Shown here: in pieces, positions 37,550-51,100 of the stretch
Layout of the letters: each line of letters starts with the position of its first letter
Position numbering within the stretch: the stretch's first letter is position 1
Assembly: GCA_036172245.1 (NCBI GenBank)
Contig: JAYWIR010000002.1
Location: 62,001 to 126,000 of the forward strand
Reading direction: 5' to 3'
DNA length: 64,000 bases
Source: Raillietiella orientalis
Lineage: Eukaryota
The notes under the pieces: model-generated
Told to the model about the DNA's origin: nothing
Database searches by the model: none
What the model saw: only the letters and a program-made list of their open reading frames with translations
Translations under genes and position numbers: made by a program

Positions 37550-40030
37550 CTCACCATCGGGTGGTGGTCACCTGGAAGATTTTCGATTTCATGTCAACCC
37601 CTGGGGCAAGACTCTCGACATCTGTCCTTCTTTCGTGAGTCTGGGGGAAAGCGGGAAGGAAATTTCTGAGGAAGCAGCGATGACGGCGATGGCATCACCA
37701 CCGCCCTTCTCCTTCGCCTCAGGGCACTGGCTTCGGGATTCACAACCCATCTCCCATGATCCTCTTCCAGCCGGCTTCCAGGAGGCCCGCTGGGCTTGCC
37801 GCCCTCACGAGAAGGATGCGTTCGGGAGGATGCAGGGTGGTGACCGGAAGATTGCATGCGGCAGGATCTGGGAGTTAAACCGTCCTCCCTTCCTCCTCAT
37901 TCTCGGCTCCTCCCTTATTGCATCTGACGGGTCTCCGACGCGTGCTCTCTCTCGAAGAAGGGAGGTTACGGGAGCCAAAGAAAAGCACCCTGTGCTCGCG
38001 CTCCTCCCACCTCCATCCTCTCGCACCCTGTCCCTCGAGCCATGTCCCCTCCCCTCTTTCCCTTTCGTCGCCTTGGACACAGACCCACGACTCACAAGGC
38101 GTTCCCCGGGGCTGCCGCGCCGTTCACTGCTGCTTCCGCCGAGCTACCGGTCCGCTGTTCCCGTGTCGGCCCCACGGATGATCCCCTCCAGGAGGATCGA
38201 GGCCGGAGATGCCCTTCGGCCTCTGCCTTCTTCCAAGGGAGGAGGAGATGGGGAGAATCCGGAGTGGCCTTCCCAGGAAGAGAGGGAGGGATGCGGGAGG
38301 GAGGAGAGACCGTCTCTTCCTCTCATCCTCGTCCCTGTCTCCTCGCCTGCCTCTGGACACTGCCCCATGGGGGAGAGGGAGGGCGGGGAAGAGACATTCG
38401 TTCCCCTCTTTCCTTCCGGAAGCCCCGCATCCCCTCGGCTCCTCCTCCTCGCGTGCCGACAGATCCCGGCCTTCCCCCGTCGCGGCTTCCTTGCGTTCCC
38501 ACGGTAACCGCGGGCCGCGGGCAGGTTTGGCAGTGAGGACAGCGTTCCCACGCTCCGGGCCCCCTCCTCCCTCCCCTCCTGCGCGGTCCTCGCCGAATCG
38601 CCGCCGCTGCTGCAACGGGCAATCTCCTTTGACCACATGGAGTCGCGGATGGACGGCGACTCCTTGCGGTGACCACGGTCCTTCCATCCGTTCAAGAACG
38701 GCCTTGGAGTTGCGGCGTCCTCCGAGCGTGGTTCGACTCACGGAGCTTCTTCCCCCTTTCCCTCCAGCGCTTTCTCCGCCTCCTACGAACGGCAGCCGCT
38801 CCCCCTGCCCGGAGCCCGGAGCCCCGCAGGAAACGAGTCTCATCCTCCCACATCCTTGCCCTCATGGCTCCAGGGGCTGACCTCCTTCCCCGCGATCCAG
38901 GGTGGGAGAGTATTTGCTCACCATCCCCCCCCCCCCAGCTCGGAAAGGAGGGGAATGGATCAGGGATAGAATCTCTCCTCCCCCTTCGCCGGGGGGGCGC
39001 AGAGGAGGGAAAGAGGGACGGGTGTCTTCCGGCTGACCCACCTCGCGCCAGGTCCCTCTTTCTCGAAGCCGCTGGCGGCGACCTTCGGACGCTGCCACGG
39101 TGCCTACCGGGTCTGCTAGGCTGCCGTTGCTAGGTCACCTGGGCCGCTCCCCTTCCCGCACAAATCTGAAGCGCGTCTCCAACTCCCTGGGCCCCGCCAC
39201 AGCCCTCTCCCCGCCTCCTCCCCTCCCAACTCCCTATTAGCGGGAGCGACTTTCTCCCAGGACTTGCCCTGACCTGCACGCGGAGACAGATGACGTCATC
39301 AGCAGGTGAGTGGGGAGGGAGAGTGGGCGAGCGGCGCATCATTTCCTCATGGCAACTGCGCGTCACTCACGGAGAGAGTCGAAAAAAACGGACCGGGAGT
39401 ATTTCTGCCGTCCGCTACCGCGGGAGGGAGTACAAAGGAAGATGAGAGAAGGGGAACGGGGCAGGATCCGCCCTCCTGGCTCCTCTCTGCCCCGGCATCC
39501 CACGTCCTGCCAGCTCCATCCTGACCAGGGTGCAGTTCGGCGAAGGGCTGGGGAGTGCCCCCCTCCTTCCCCTTTTTCCTGAGAAAGGGTCCTGCGCTCT
39601 CTTCAGGTACTCGGCAGAGGCCCCAGTAGGGGAGCAGGCTTGGGGAGAGGGGGAGGGGCATATCGACGCTTGCTCGGGATGCCTCCCGGTTCCCGGGGTC
39701 TGTCCGCTTAGCGGTGGGCGAGGGAGACACCGAGGCGTTCTCGTCCCGATGTTCCCCCTCCTTCTGCGCCGCTGACTGGTCGGAGGGTTCCTCTATTCTT
39801 TCCTCGCCGGACACAGCACGGTGGCCGGGGAAGCGGTTGGACCCGCGGTGGTCATGCAGGAGAGATGGCGTGATGGACTACGGCTGGCATCCGGGCTGTT
39901 CCTCTTGCATGCGGAAGAACTTCCAGGAGCGACCTCCAGGGGTGCTGCGGCTCCCCCACCCCTTTTCCTCCCTCTCCCCACGCTTCTCGGCTGCCCACGA
40001 TCCAGGTGTCCTTAGGGGCGAGGCGTGAGC
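37550..40030 (-). mobile_element. L1/Tx1-like ORF2 (RT to C-terminus), 5'-truncated and decayed
   Basis: EQPGCQP*SI (Q.GF.P.RSI), PADDVICL (YADD), TTLGGRRNSKAVL, KPARGPRLP (LP..GGL.LP). Confidence 0.55.
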
Positions 40031-43000
40031 GGCCGCGTCCCTCTTCTTTCCTTCTCTTCCCCTATCTGGAGAGTTCATGGTAGCTCCCGAATCTTCGCCT
40101 CCCGGCCCATCCCGCAGCCGCGCGGCGCTGCGGCGGACTGCGCGCCCGCGGACGCGCGCCGCTGCAAGCAGGCGGGAATCTCGGAGGTTACGCACGCCGC
40201 TGCCATTTGCCGATTCCCGCGCCTCTTGGACGTCTCGTTTTCCGGTCACGCGGAACGACGCAGCAACGAGATTCATGGCCGGAGAGAGAGGAAGAAAGTC
40301 CTCCTCATATCATTCCTGATGTGGATCTCCACGGAAACGGGTTTTGCGACCGAAGCCCTCCGGCGAGCGGGTGGGAATCTTGTCGTCTCGCAGAGAGCCG
40401 TGCCTCAAAGATAACTCCAGTCACGCGGCAGGTGCGTAGATGAGCGAAGGGGGCGGGCGGCACCTACGATCCAGAAAACCGGCTCATTCGAGGAATCCTC
40501 GGCGCGGAGCCGTCCGCGCGCTCTGCGCCCAGCTAGCCGGTTGCCCTCGCGCGCCCCGAACAGGTTTCGATTCCCACCATCTGGTGAGGGCCGCGGCACT
40601 CAGCAGCCGTGCATTCTCGGAATGGAAACAGATCGTGCGACGTGCGTGCGGGTACACACGCACACATACACACACTTCTCCACAAGTCATTCCTTGGGAC
40701 AGACTCCGCCCCACTCTAGCCCAGTGAGGGAACTCCATAAAATACGTTTTCCCCCTGCACCTTCAGTGTTTCACTGTGGATCTGAACTCTGGAATCAGCT
40801 TGATGCATGGCAAAACGCTTGTGACAGGGAGGTTTGAGAGGCGACTCTTCAGGAACGTTTGAGAGCCGACAAACGAGTATACAAAGAATTGTAGGGGGAA
40901 GCGAAATTTCCATTCAGAAGGGGGCGGTAAGGAATATGAAGAAAAGTTTCCCGGATTCCTCTAGAAACTTGTCTCTTTCATGACGAGAGGAAACGGGGAA
41001 GCAGGGACTAGGGAAGGAAGAATATCTCCCGAGCAGCTGATGGAAAGCCTTCGAAATATTTTTTTTGAACCCGACTTGGAAACGGAGCTATCCAGAGGTG
41101 GTGTTGTCTTTGAAAGCGGAAGCTGTTTGGAGCTTGCTTTGAGATATTCCCTACAAGCTGAAAGATTCATGGAAGAGATCCAAAACGAATGAACCTCTGT
41201 GTCTGGTTCTACAAGCGCAGAGGCCTCATCATTTCACTAACTGCACTTGGGAGAAGATTGCCAGTCAGTATCAACTTTTCAAGTCCGAGAGCTGATGACC
41301 AACGACTCCTTGATCTCCTAGGAACAAAGAGAGGGAAGCGATTCATCCGCTCAATGATTTCTGATTCTGGAAATCAGCGCGAAATCTCTTGTCCTGAGCA
41401 GAAAAAATAAAAGACAAACGTGGACAAGGATCCTCCTTTTTTTTTTTTTTTATCGAAGTGTCAGAGCTTCTGGAAATGTCATACCAAATGGAATTTTACA
41501 TGTACATGATTTTTTTTAAAAGAAATAATAATAATAATAGTAATAATTTTGGGCATCAGTTGATTCCCATGTGTTCGCGGGTTCATTCCTGGCTCATTTC
41601 TGTTTCGCGGCTGCACGTGGCACTTCTGCATTTTAATTTATTTTATTTTTTCCACTTTTCTCCATTTTCCTTCTATTTGTGTTTTACTTATACGTCACCT
41701 TTTCGTGACTTTGGAGCAATGTGTGTGTGCCCCTGTTTATGTTAATCATGAAGTGAGGAGCGAAAAGGAAAGATCCAGAGGGGTGCTCCTGACAAAGGAA
41801 AGCACAAGGCGAAGCCCTAAAATGCTCATGCCAACGTAATTACTGTGCCCAGCAAATCTTCACTTTCTTTGCCCCCGCAGATCTATGCAGCTACCATCCA
41901 TTCACAGGTTTCCATGATCGGAATCCAAAGCCACCAAAATTCCACTCAATTTAAGTGTTCGTAAATGCAATTTTTGCATGCATGGAGCAAGATGTTGCAC
42001 TGGGAAACATGGAAGGGAGGGTAAACGCAATTTTCAAATTGGCTTCTCAAGAGGAAGACATTTAGACGCCTCGTAAGAGGGAACTTCCATTGATTTATGT
42101 ACAAGGATTCTACATAAACTATATTTGGAAGGTAATGATGGTGGAAGTGTCAAAAAAACAAAAGCGTACGTGATGAAAAATTAGCATCTTCTATGCTTTA
42201 AGAGGGAAGCCATGAGCTTCTCAGCAGTCACACATCAGCAGATCTTCGTGTAACTATGATTGTTCATTGAGAAGAGATACAGCAAGAACGTGGCTCACTA
42301 GGGAAACCATTATGGAAAAGATGCCTGAAAGATTAGAAAACGACGGAGGCAAGGCATCCTTATGTATGATCCTATGGAACATTCGCAGTTGCTAGGATGG
42401 CGTCGAATTACTACAGTATTTCCGAAAAATTAATTGATGGAGAAATTTTTGACGCTCTCTGAAGAGTAAGAAGAAGAAAAGTATGGTAAATTGGCAAAAC
42501 TGCGGATTTTTCACACAGTGAATGATGGCATTCCTGGTCACAATGAATCCCTAAACTCGGGAAGTTTCTCCCTATAAATAGCGCGCTTGTTCGACAGAAC
42601 TCGGAAAAATAAAAACAGGATGTGATGTATGAGGAAGGACGCAAAACTTCGGATGTGAGCGAAGCCAAAGAAAAAAAAAACACAATCCGAAAGAAACAAC
42701 TTTTACTTTGTATTTACCATCTGGAATAATTCTTGATCAGATTGGGATTTAGCCCTCATTTTTTTTTTTTTTTTTTTTTTTTGAGGGGGAGAAGGGGAAG
42801 GGGAGGGTTAAAATGGAACGTTGATTTGAAGCTTGCAGTCATGATTGCCACTGTCACGAGGGCTTCCTTTCATTATTTTAAAAAAGAGAAAAATGGAACT
42901 ATTGTGAGCTTTTGGTGTTTAAGATTTTTTTCAATGAGCACCAGAAAATTTCCAATCTACTGATAAAGATGCGATAACATTGACAAGTACTTTTTTACGT

Positions 43001-43199
43001 AAATGCATATTCTATTTTGCACACATATGCTCCATGCTTAAAAGTAAAGAACGCAATGCGTGCAAACTGAACCCTTTGATGGATTGATGAACATTTTAGG
43101 GAATCCCTTCAAACTACACCTCATTTTATTATTATTTTGTTAATTGTGATAAACGCTGCGCTTTTTATGATAGGTTGTGAGCCATTGCAGTGTTCAGTA

Positions 43200-44240
43200 T
43201 CTGGAAAACGGCTTGTCCCATAAAACAAGGAAGATGCAACGTCTTTGATGCATCTTCAGATTTGGAAACGCGTTCTCGTTCGGATGGATCAGAACGTATC
43301 ATTTTGCAACGAAAACGATGTTTATGTTTACATTGGATGTATTCAATTTCGAGACGTATGCCGCCGATCCGTCACCGATGCGGGATGTTTTTCAGGTTCT
43401 GGGGAAACCGACCGCGGTCGTGGACGGCGCAGGGAGTTGCGACAAAGGCAGAGCCTGGTGAGCCTCAGAACGTGTTGCATTTCCGGAAGACAACGGAATC
43501 GCTCAGGCATTCGGATATGCGTGTAATCCAGAATTTGTTTGTGTTTTTCTTTTTGACGTGCTCGTTTTTGCCTTTCTTCCCGTCGCCGTATCGAACGACT
43601 TTGTCCCCAGTGAGGAGACCCGGAGTCCTGGAGACACCGAGTGTCGTCTGGTTGCTGAGACAAGAGATTGCATTTCGGCATCCTCCGTTTAGAGAAAGGT
43701 GGATCGTTACTCCATCACCACACCCTTCGTGAACGGAGGCGCGGAAACTCGGACCGCCGCATGTATTTTGGATTCTTGCAAATGGACTTCAACGGGAACT
43801 CGCGCTTTTCCGTACAAATTCCACACAAAACGGGAGAAACGCGTCTCACACATGCGACTTTCGCAAAAGTCTGGGTGAATAAAAGATCCCTTTGAATTAC
43901 TTGGAGACGAGCAGAACGAGTGTTGATGCAAAACAGCTAAGCAGAATGCACATCTCCAGCTAACCGCCTCCCAGGAGGCCGACCAGGAGTTCCACGGTCG
44001 ACGTCCTGTAGGAATCGGCACGAAGACGTCTTGCTCCGAAAGCAGTTGCTTCTGGCACAGTTCCACTACTCTGGGTGTAGCACCATTCCAACAGGTCTTG
44101 AACCAAAAGGAATGTCACGTGGTTCTTAAGCGGTTCTCTTCCTCTGTTAGAGCACACAACCTTTTCATCTGGAGGAAGAAACACAAGGATACTTGGAAAT
44201 CTCCCACTACGCGAGACTGGAGAGCTGCGTCCTATCATAC
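43200..44240 (-). pseudogene. herpesvirus UL15-like DNA packaging terminase ATPase subunit, decayed
   Basis: One frame with four stops: TVELLVGLLGGG*L (Walker A position, TAG where AAG/Lys is expected), FKGIFY..RK..AF, GVTIHLSLNGGCRNAISCLSNQTTLGVSRTPGLLTGDK (cf. remembered UL15 GETISFSFPDGSRSTIVFASSHNTNGIRGQDFNLLFVDE), then after a shift C.QH..CLCRNSLRRP (C..H..CxC..L..P) and GIRLEI. Confidence 0.6.
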
Positions 44241-45419
44241 TTCCGGAAGTGATCGTCAGGAGTTCTCACTGAGGGAAGGCGGAAGGAATTGCATGATTTT
44301 CGCTTAGGAACACATGCGGGAAATTGCTGAAGAATCGGAAACACCGATCGCGGGGGCGATTATTTTTTGTCAACGGAAGACGGAAAATCAAGATTAGATT
44401 CCTGATTATCTTTCACCATGGAGAGCCAAGAAACGGTCTGAACGCTATGGGGGGATCACAACGAATCCATTCAAAAGACAGATATTCTCGAAAGCAGGAT
44501 GAATCACGGTGATCAGTCGATGAACGCTTCGGGCTCCAGGAAGAAATTTCGCTCTCCGAACTCCATGGACGTAAAATTTCGAAAAATTTCGTAGCGAGAC
44601 GGGGAAACGGGAACTTCGTGGAAAAACGTCGGGGCACTCCGGTGGAGGTCAAGGGTTTCCCTTTGTTCGATGTTCTTGGGGTCGAGCGTTTTCGTCTCTC
44701 GCGTCCACCTTTCCGGAGTGCCTTCGCAGCGGACTCCGGCGTAACAGCAGAGCGACGTTTCCCTTTGCCTGCGGAAAGAAAGACGCACCTTGGATAGTGA
44801 TGCAAGGAGTCCAAAGTGGAGCACTCCGTCTCCAAACGCTACCGTGACGCGAAACCGACCAATCCGAGCGATGCAGTCGCGACGGAAATTTGGAAAACGA
44901 GGCGGAGGAAGCGTGGGAGGAATAGGTCATCAGATGACGGAGCAAATCCAGTTTTCTGGATGGAGCTTCCTCCTTCGCCACGAAACACTTCGCATTCTTC
45001 CGACTCGCCTCATTGAGAGGCAGGATCTGAGATGCTCTTCGGGGCATAATGAGGAATCTTCCTTGGTGGGATAAAAAGACGGATCGATGTGTCCAGGGAG
45101 ACCAGCGTGTTCAAGGTTTCAATGTTCAGGGTGGTAGGAAGCGTTTGTTTGTTTGTTTGTTTTTGGAGTATCTTTTTTTGAAGCATTTTTTTTTCTTTAT
45201 TCTTCCAAAAAGAAAAAAAAAAGGAAATCTTTGCCGTTCCCTTCTCTCAGCCGTGCCTGTGCATTCGCTCCTATCGTCTGCACGGAGATGCTTTTCCGGA
45301 GCCCACCTATATATCTCACGCACGCGTGCGCACATCACTCGACCTCCGTTTCGCCTTCATCCGCTTTCGATCCGCTCGTTCCCGCCACCTCATGCGACAG
45401 CATCGGAGTAGCTGTGGGT

Positions 45420-46200
45420 ACCTCCCTCGGGGGTGGCCACTCTTCCCTGGTTCTCCCGATTTGTCATTCGGCGGAATCAGAAATCTTTTCTAAGAAATCG
45501 TACTTGATGTGTTGGACTGCACCTCGGAGGATTCTGCGGTGATGAGATGAGCCACGCTCTGACCAGGGAGGCAGGCCGATTCCCACGGAACCATCGATCG
45601 GGAGTCTTCCTCCTCCTCCTCGGATGGGTGACGAGGGAAGGAAGGCTGCGGAGCAGAAGCAGCAGGATCGATGAGGAATGCCTGTAGAAACGATTGGAAG
45701 GGACCAGTCCTCGCTGGGGGCAAAACTAGGAGAGGGCGAGTGGAGGAAAGGAAGGAAGGGTCGTGAATCAATGAACAGCGAGCGAGGGATGGGCCGACCT
45801 TACGGTGATGAGCATGGGCCACGTGAGCCTGCACAGGAAGGAGGAAGACAGGTGGACGTCTCGAGCTAGGCCGACCCTCAGTCTTCCCGCAAGAATGTCC
45901 CTGTATTCCACTCCCTAGCTTGGGCCGCCGTTCTCCCCACAAGGGCAGTGTGACCCTTAGCATGGGATGACGGCCACGCAAAAGAGGATCCCTCCCCGGG
46001 CCGGTGAGTCCGGGATCGCGAACGGACGTGCCCCGGAGAGGAGAGCGTCCGATCCCTGCTGCAGCCCAGGGCACTCCAGCAGCGCGCGAGGACGAGTTCC
46101 TGCTGCTTCCTCAGGGGGTTCGTCCCTTAGCAGTGCTCCCCCCCTTCCTTCCCGCTGAGGCGAGGTGACATCTCTAAGGAGGACCGATGGAGTCGGGTGA
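45420..46200 (-). mobile_element. LINE APE C-terminus to RT domain 0 fragment
   Basis: ARDVHLS..VRSAHPSL (SRLD..SDH), HLITAES, DKSGEPGKSG (KSPG.DG). Confidence 0.4.
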
Positions 46201-46239
46201 AGAGTGAGGAGGAAGGATGGTGGGGCCGACGATGATTAG

Positions 46240-46850
46240 AAGTGATCCAGGATCATCCCGAATTCTCCACGCGAGATAAGGGCCGGGGTTCGAGCGAGGT
46301 GACTGCGGTCCCACAGCTGCCGCGTTCTCTTCAGAGGACGCTCGACGCCGCAGGGCCCTCTAGCGCGCGAGCAGACTGCAATTCCGTGATCCCCGTCATC
46401 TCGCTGGGGTGCCCTGAGCATTCCCTTTGGGGTAAATAAATAAAATTGGCCTCTTCACCGGAGGACTCATCTGCTGACTCAGGGCCAAAGGGTTCCAGTT
46501 CAACTGGGGACGGGACTGGAGAGGGTGGAGCAGATAAGAGCCAATGAGGGCCCCCGCTAATCACTCGGCGGGGTCAGGGATTCTGTCCGTTTTGAAGGGT
46601 CATGGGAAGGGAGGATTTTCGCTGTCCCGAGGGGGGTACGTTCCACAAGGGGGGTTCTCACGGAAGGATCGAGGGGAGGAAGAGTTTCCTCATCCCGCGA
46701 ACGCCTCCAGGATCCTCGCTCAGTGACGCGGATCCAGGAGCAGCAGGGATGCTTCCGATCTCGAGGGAGGACCCAGCGCGGCCGGTGAGAAACGCGGCGC
46801 TGGTGTGCGCTGGCCCATCGCACCTCTGCCAATGCAGTGCCGGAGTTTGG
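46240..46850 (+). mobile_element. LINE RT fragment
   Basis: DHPEF, NSVIPVISL (N.RPISL), GPKGSS; GRIEGRKSFLIPRTPPGS also matches 48070-48010(-) at DNA level. Confidence 0.5.
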
Positions 46851-46869
46851 CTCCTCCCCTATCGGTTCT

Positions 46870-49800
46870 CAGATGGGCGGGGAAGCAGGAGAGGACCGCA
46901 GTCCTAGGAGGAGAAAGGACTGGAGCCCTCCCAATGAGAGAAAGAAGGCAGGGGCCTTCGGCGGGGGGAGCGATCGCGCTTCCCTGGCACGGCGACCTGC
47001 AGCGAGCGGGCAAGTAGGCGAAGAAGAAGGGGATGGAATGGGATAGGTGCAGGAGCAACCGGCGAGTGGCAAGGTGGGAAGGGGAGGAAGGAGAGAGAGA
47101 CGAAGGACACGCGTGGGAAGATTTCCAGCGACCCTCTCCCCAATCCCCCTTACATAGTCTCCTCGCAGGAGACTCCGGGGATGACCATCCCCACGGGGCG
47201 AAAGAACGACGCTCCTATTCTTCGCGAGGACCTTCCTCGTTTGGCTTTCCGGATGGTGGGTGACCTCACCCCTGCGCTGCAGGGCATCGAGGCCCCCTTC
47301 TCCCAGCCTCCGCGCAAGGGTTTCTGCCACTGCTGTTGTCGTCTGGAAACGGCAGCTCGCGTCTCTCCAGACCGCCTTCTCTGATGCTCCGGGCGCCTCT
47401 GGTTGGCGTAACTCCTGGGAGGGCCCGCTCCCTCCTGCCGTCCTTTTTTCCCCCGGCCCTTCCTCTCCCTACACCTAATCCCTGAGTACAGCCGCCCTCG
47501 GGAAGTTTCAGGCCCCGCTCCCAGGACCTCGCAAAAGCACATCGCGACCCAGGGCCAGAAGGGACAGCCAACCATCTTCCCCGCTGCCTGCCACCGGACC
47601 GCAAGCAGGGGCGGCAAGCCGTTCCTCTGTGGGCTCAGGAATGCTCTTTGGAGTCTCCTTCAGTTCTTCGTAAGCACCTTCCCCCTCACTCCTTTCTGAA
47701 AATAAGGGAAGGGGGGAAAGGAGGGGAGAGGTTTCCGCGGGTCGCACTATGCGCCTCGGGTGCAGTTCACGCGTACCGGGAGGCGAAGACGTTCAGAACT
47801 CTGCCTCAGCGTCAAGCGTCAAACAGACTCGCCACGCGCTCCCTTCAAGGAGCAGCGGGAGCTTGTGGTGCGCACGTCCCTCCTCCGCTTTATCCTCCCC
47901 CGCCCCCTTCCTTCTCGAAGAACTGCTCGCGCGCCACTAGGGGCCCAGAAGCTGCTGGAGGGCGCCCGTCCCCGCCGCGCATTTCATCGCCACTCGAGAG
48001 CTCTCCCGCAACTAGCACTGATCCCGGAGGTGTTCGCGGGATGGATAAACTCTTCCTCTCCTCAATCCTTCCCCGCGGTTCCGGGAGTCGCAAGGAGAGG
48101 CGGTGTAGAGCTGCTTGCGGGAGGAAACGCGGACCTGCTCCGATCCCACCTCCTCTGGAGATGATCCCCAGCGGTGGTGTTCCCCTTGCATGGGAACCGA
48201 GCGCTCTCCCGCGATCACTCCCTTCCGGCCGATGAGCGTGACCCACCGTTGCTAGGGCAGGAAGCGCCGTCTCTTTGCGGGCATTCGGTGTCACGGCGCG
48301 GACAGGGGGCAGGCGGAGAGAAGGGGGGCACAGACCCAGGAATTGGGGGTGGCTGCTCGCATCCCCGCGCGCCTCGGTCGTCCCGAGGGACGAGGTGCGT
48401 GGCGCTCTTCCTCTCCCCGGCCGCCCGCCTGAGGGAGGCGCCACCAGTCTTACGGATCGGACATGTCCCTGCTCTTGAGACTACCCTCGTCTGTCCGGAG
48501 CTTCCGGAAAGCGCTGTCTCCAGGGAAGAAGGTTAGACGGTCGCGCGTGCGCAGGAGCGCCGCACCCTGTGGCGCGGGAGAGACCTCATCGGAAGGAAGG
48601 GGTGGAAGTGGAGAAAATCCGCCACCGCTCTCTCCTCCTCGAGGCCCGACCAGGATGCATCCCCGCCTTTCCTGGAGGACGGGACCTCATGCATGCCAAT
48701 GACCTGTGGGACCTCTCGGGCTGCGGCGGCCATTGATCCGGGAGGAGGTGAGTCGCCGGCAGGGATGCTAAGTGCCCGCCCTCGCGCGCGGCGGACCGCG
48801 CTCGAGCCAGGCGCCGAAGGAAGGAGGGGATGGCGCGCATGCCAGGAACAAGGTGGATACCCCACGCGACCAGGGGCGAGGGATGCCGCAGAGAAGTCGG
48901 GAGGGATGGAGCGTCCTGGGAACGCGTCACAGGGTGGCCACATCCTGTAGTTCAGGGACCTTCCACAGGACAGGGAGACCACACTTCCCGAGAGCTGCAG
49001 AAAGTGCAGGGCACTGCGATTCCCGAGGGCGGAGCCGCGACCTGTAGAGCCCGGCGCCTCTGGAGGGCTCGGCGCGTCGGGCCCTGAAGGGGGGAGGAAT
49101 CGGACGGGGCGGGGGGGAGGAGAGAGTCTCTTCCGCCGACGCCGAGGGGTCAGCCTCCTTGAGATGGACTCCGTAGGGGCGGTGGAGGAGTCCAGGAAGA
49201 GAGACGTAGGCGGGGAGCGACGGGGGAGAGGCAGCATCTAGGGATCGGACTGGCTGGCAATTCGCGCATTCTCCCGGTTCCACTACGCGCGCACACGGGA
49301 GAGCGACTCCTGCGCGGTCTCCGCCCGGATCAATCAGTGCAGAGGAGCGTGCCCCGGAGGGGGAGGGGGAAACCTCCCGTTGTCGGGCCGGCTTCTCGGT
49401 GCACAGCCGCATCAGGGAGGATTGCAGGATCGTGCGACCTCCCAGGATGCCCCGAGGGTGCTTTGCGGTGGCTCTCTTCAAGGTACCACGGAGGAGGGAG
49501 CTTGCATCCGGACCATGGAGCATTGGCGACACGCTGCGGGCACACCTCACGCAGAGGGGTGGGAGAGTGGTCCCCGGCTGCCGGATGTGGAAACTCCGGT
49601 GAGCCCCAGATCCTTGAGGGTACCACGGGGCACGGAGGACTGGCACCCCTGCTTCCTCGGAGCCGCCTCCGCGTGAAGCCGCTCGGCTGCCCTCGGAGGC
49701 AGTGAGCAGGGTTGCTGCCGGAAGAGAACGAGGGGGGTCTCCAGTCTCCACGCGGACCCCCATGCATGGCGGCAGCGGCGGCCGGAAGCGTTCAAGTGGA

Positions 49801-51100
49801 AAGAACGGAAGCGCGCCCAGTCACCCTCTCTCCTCCGGGAGAGCCCGCCTCCCGAGGACACAACGGACGACCCGAAGAAGTGGGTCCGCGCATCTGCAGC
49901 GCCCGCTGTCTTTCCTGAGGGAAGGTCACGGCAGCCAGTCGGTGCAGGGTAGGGGGGAAGGCAGGTTCTCCGGTATCCAAACGGGCGCCTCCCGTCGGGT
50001 GGGGTCCAGAGGGAGCAGCCGAGGGGGAAGGAAAACCTTCAGGGGAGGGGAAGGAGGAGGGGGAAGGAGTGAGTCTCTGGAAATCGTCCGCGCGCGTACT
50101 TCACTTCTCCTCCACTCGCCCCGCTTCTCCTGTGACCATCCCATTCCACCCCCTTCTTCTCCTCTACCGAAGCGATCAGTGTTGGCAGGGCAAATTCCCA
50201 AGGTGAACAGGGTGCCCGGGGGTGATAACCGCCCCACCCTCACCCCCCTAGTGTCTTTCAAACTTTCCGCTACCTTGCGATCGGGGTGGCAGTAGGACAG
50301 GATCTTCCTGCTCGCAAGGTTTGGTGACCACTCATCCGGCGGCCCCAGAGCATTCCCCGAGAGAGCTACATTCCCTCCTTAGTGCAACCCGGCTCACCTT
50401 TCTCTGGCTCGCGCCCCTCTCAGGACCTCCCCACTGCCCCGTCCCCGAGCACTGGAGGCCCCTGAAACGGCGGCTTGCACCTATGCAGGTGCCCCCCTTT
50501 TGCCGGTTCTTCGCCGGCAAAAGGGGCATTTCGCTCTTCCTGAAGTCTTCCCTGGAGGGGCGAGGAAACGCCCGAGGCTACGCCGAGAGCGCTCGAGAGA
50601 CAAGGCTTCCGGAGAGAGGCCGGTACCTGACCCGGGCACAGGTCAATCTCAAGAAACCACCTCCCCGTGTTCTCCGCTACCATCCTTTTCGGTCTCCCTG
50701 GCAATCCATCCTGACTGTAGGTGACGGTTTGGGAGCCTGGCTGCAGTGGCAGGCGGACCCTTGGCACACGGCGCGTCTCCTGCGCACGCAGGTCGATGAC
50801 GGGCGGGGCTTCCGATGGGTGTGGCTCGTGTCCTGGCAACGGGATCAGCCGAGCGGTATACATGAAGCAGCTGTCCAGAAAACAGGTCCAGGAACCGCAA
50901 AGCACGGTCGAAGGCAAGGTGGTTGGAAGCAGGGTGCCCGGCAACTCAGGGTGTGTCTTCATCTTAAAAAGCCGTCCTTCCCTCCGTCGGCCAGAGCACA
51001 AGCCGGCTGCGAGCCTCCCCCTTCACAGGAGCCGTTCCCGGAACGACGGTGGAGCCGGGGAGGCCGCCGGGAACGCCAACGCAACTGAGCACGCGAAGTG
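46870..51100 (-). mobile_element. L1/Tx1-like LINE, near full-length, decayed (ORF1, APE, RT, zf-RVT)
   Basis: ORF1 knuckle CPFC..GHLHRC near 50530; APE RGILGG and SLD; RT LVPR..PPI; ERGLKLP; GNLPTR near 47120. Confidence 0.55.

Noticed and set aside
43990-44066. RecQ helicase (LLSEQDVFVPIPTG)
   Set aside because: No GKS or later RecQ motifs; the overlapping frame fits terminase over a much longer span.
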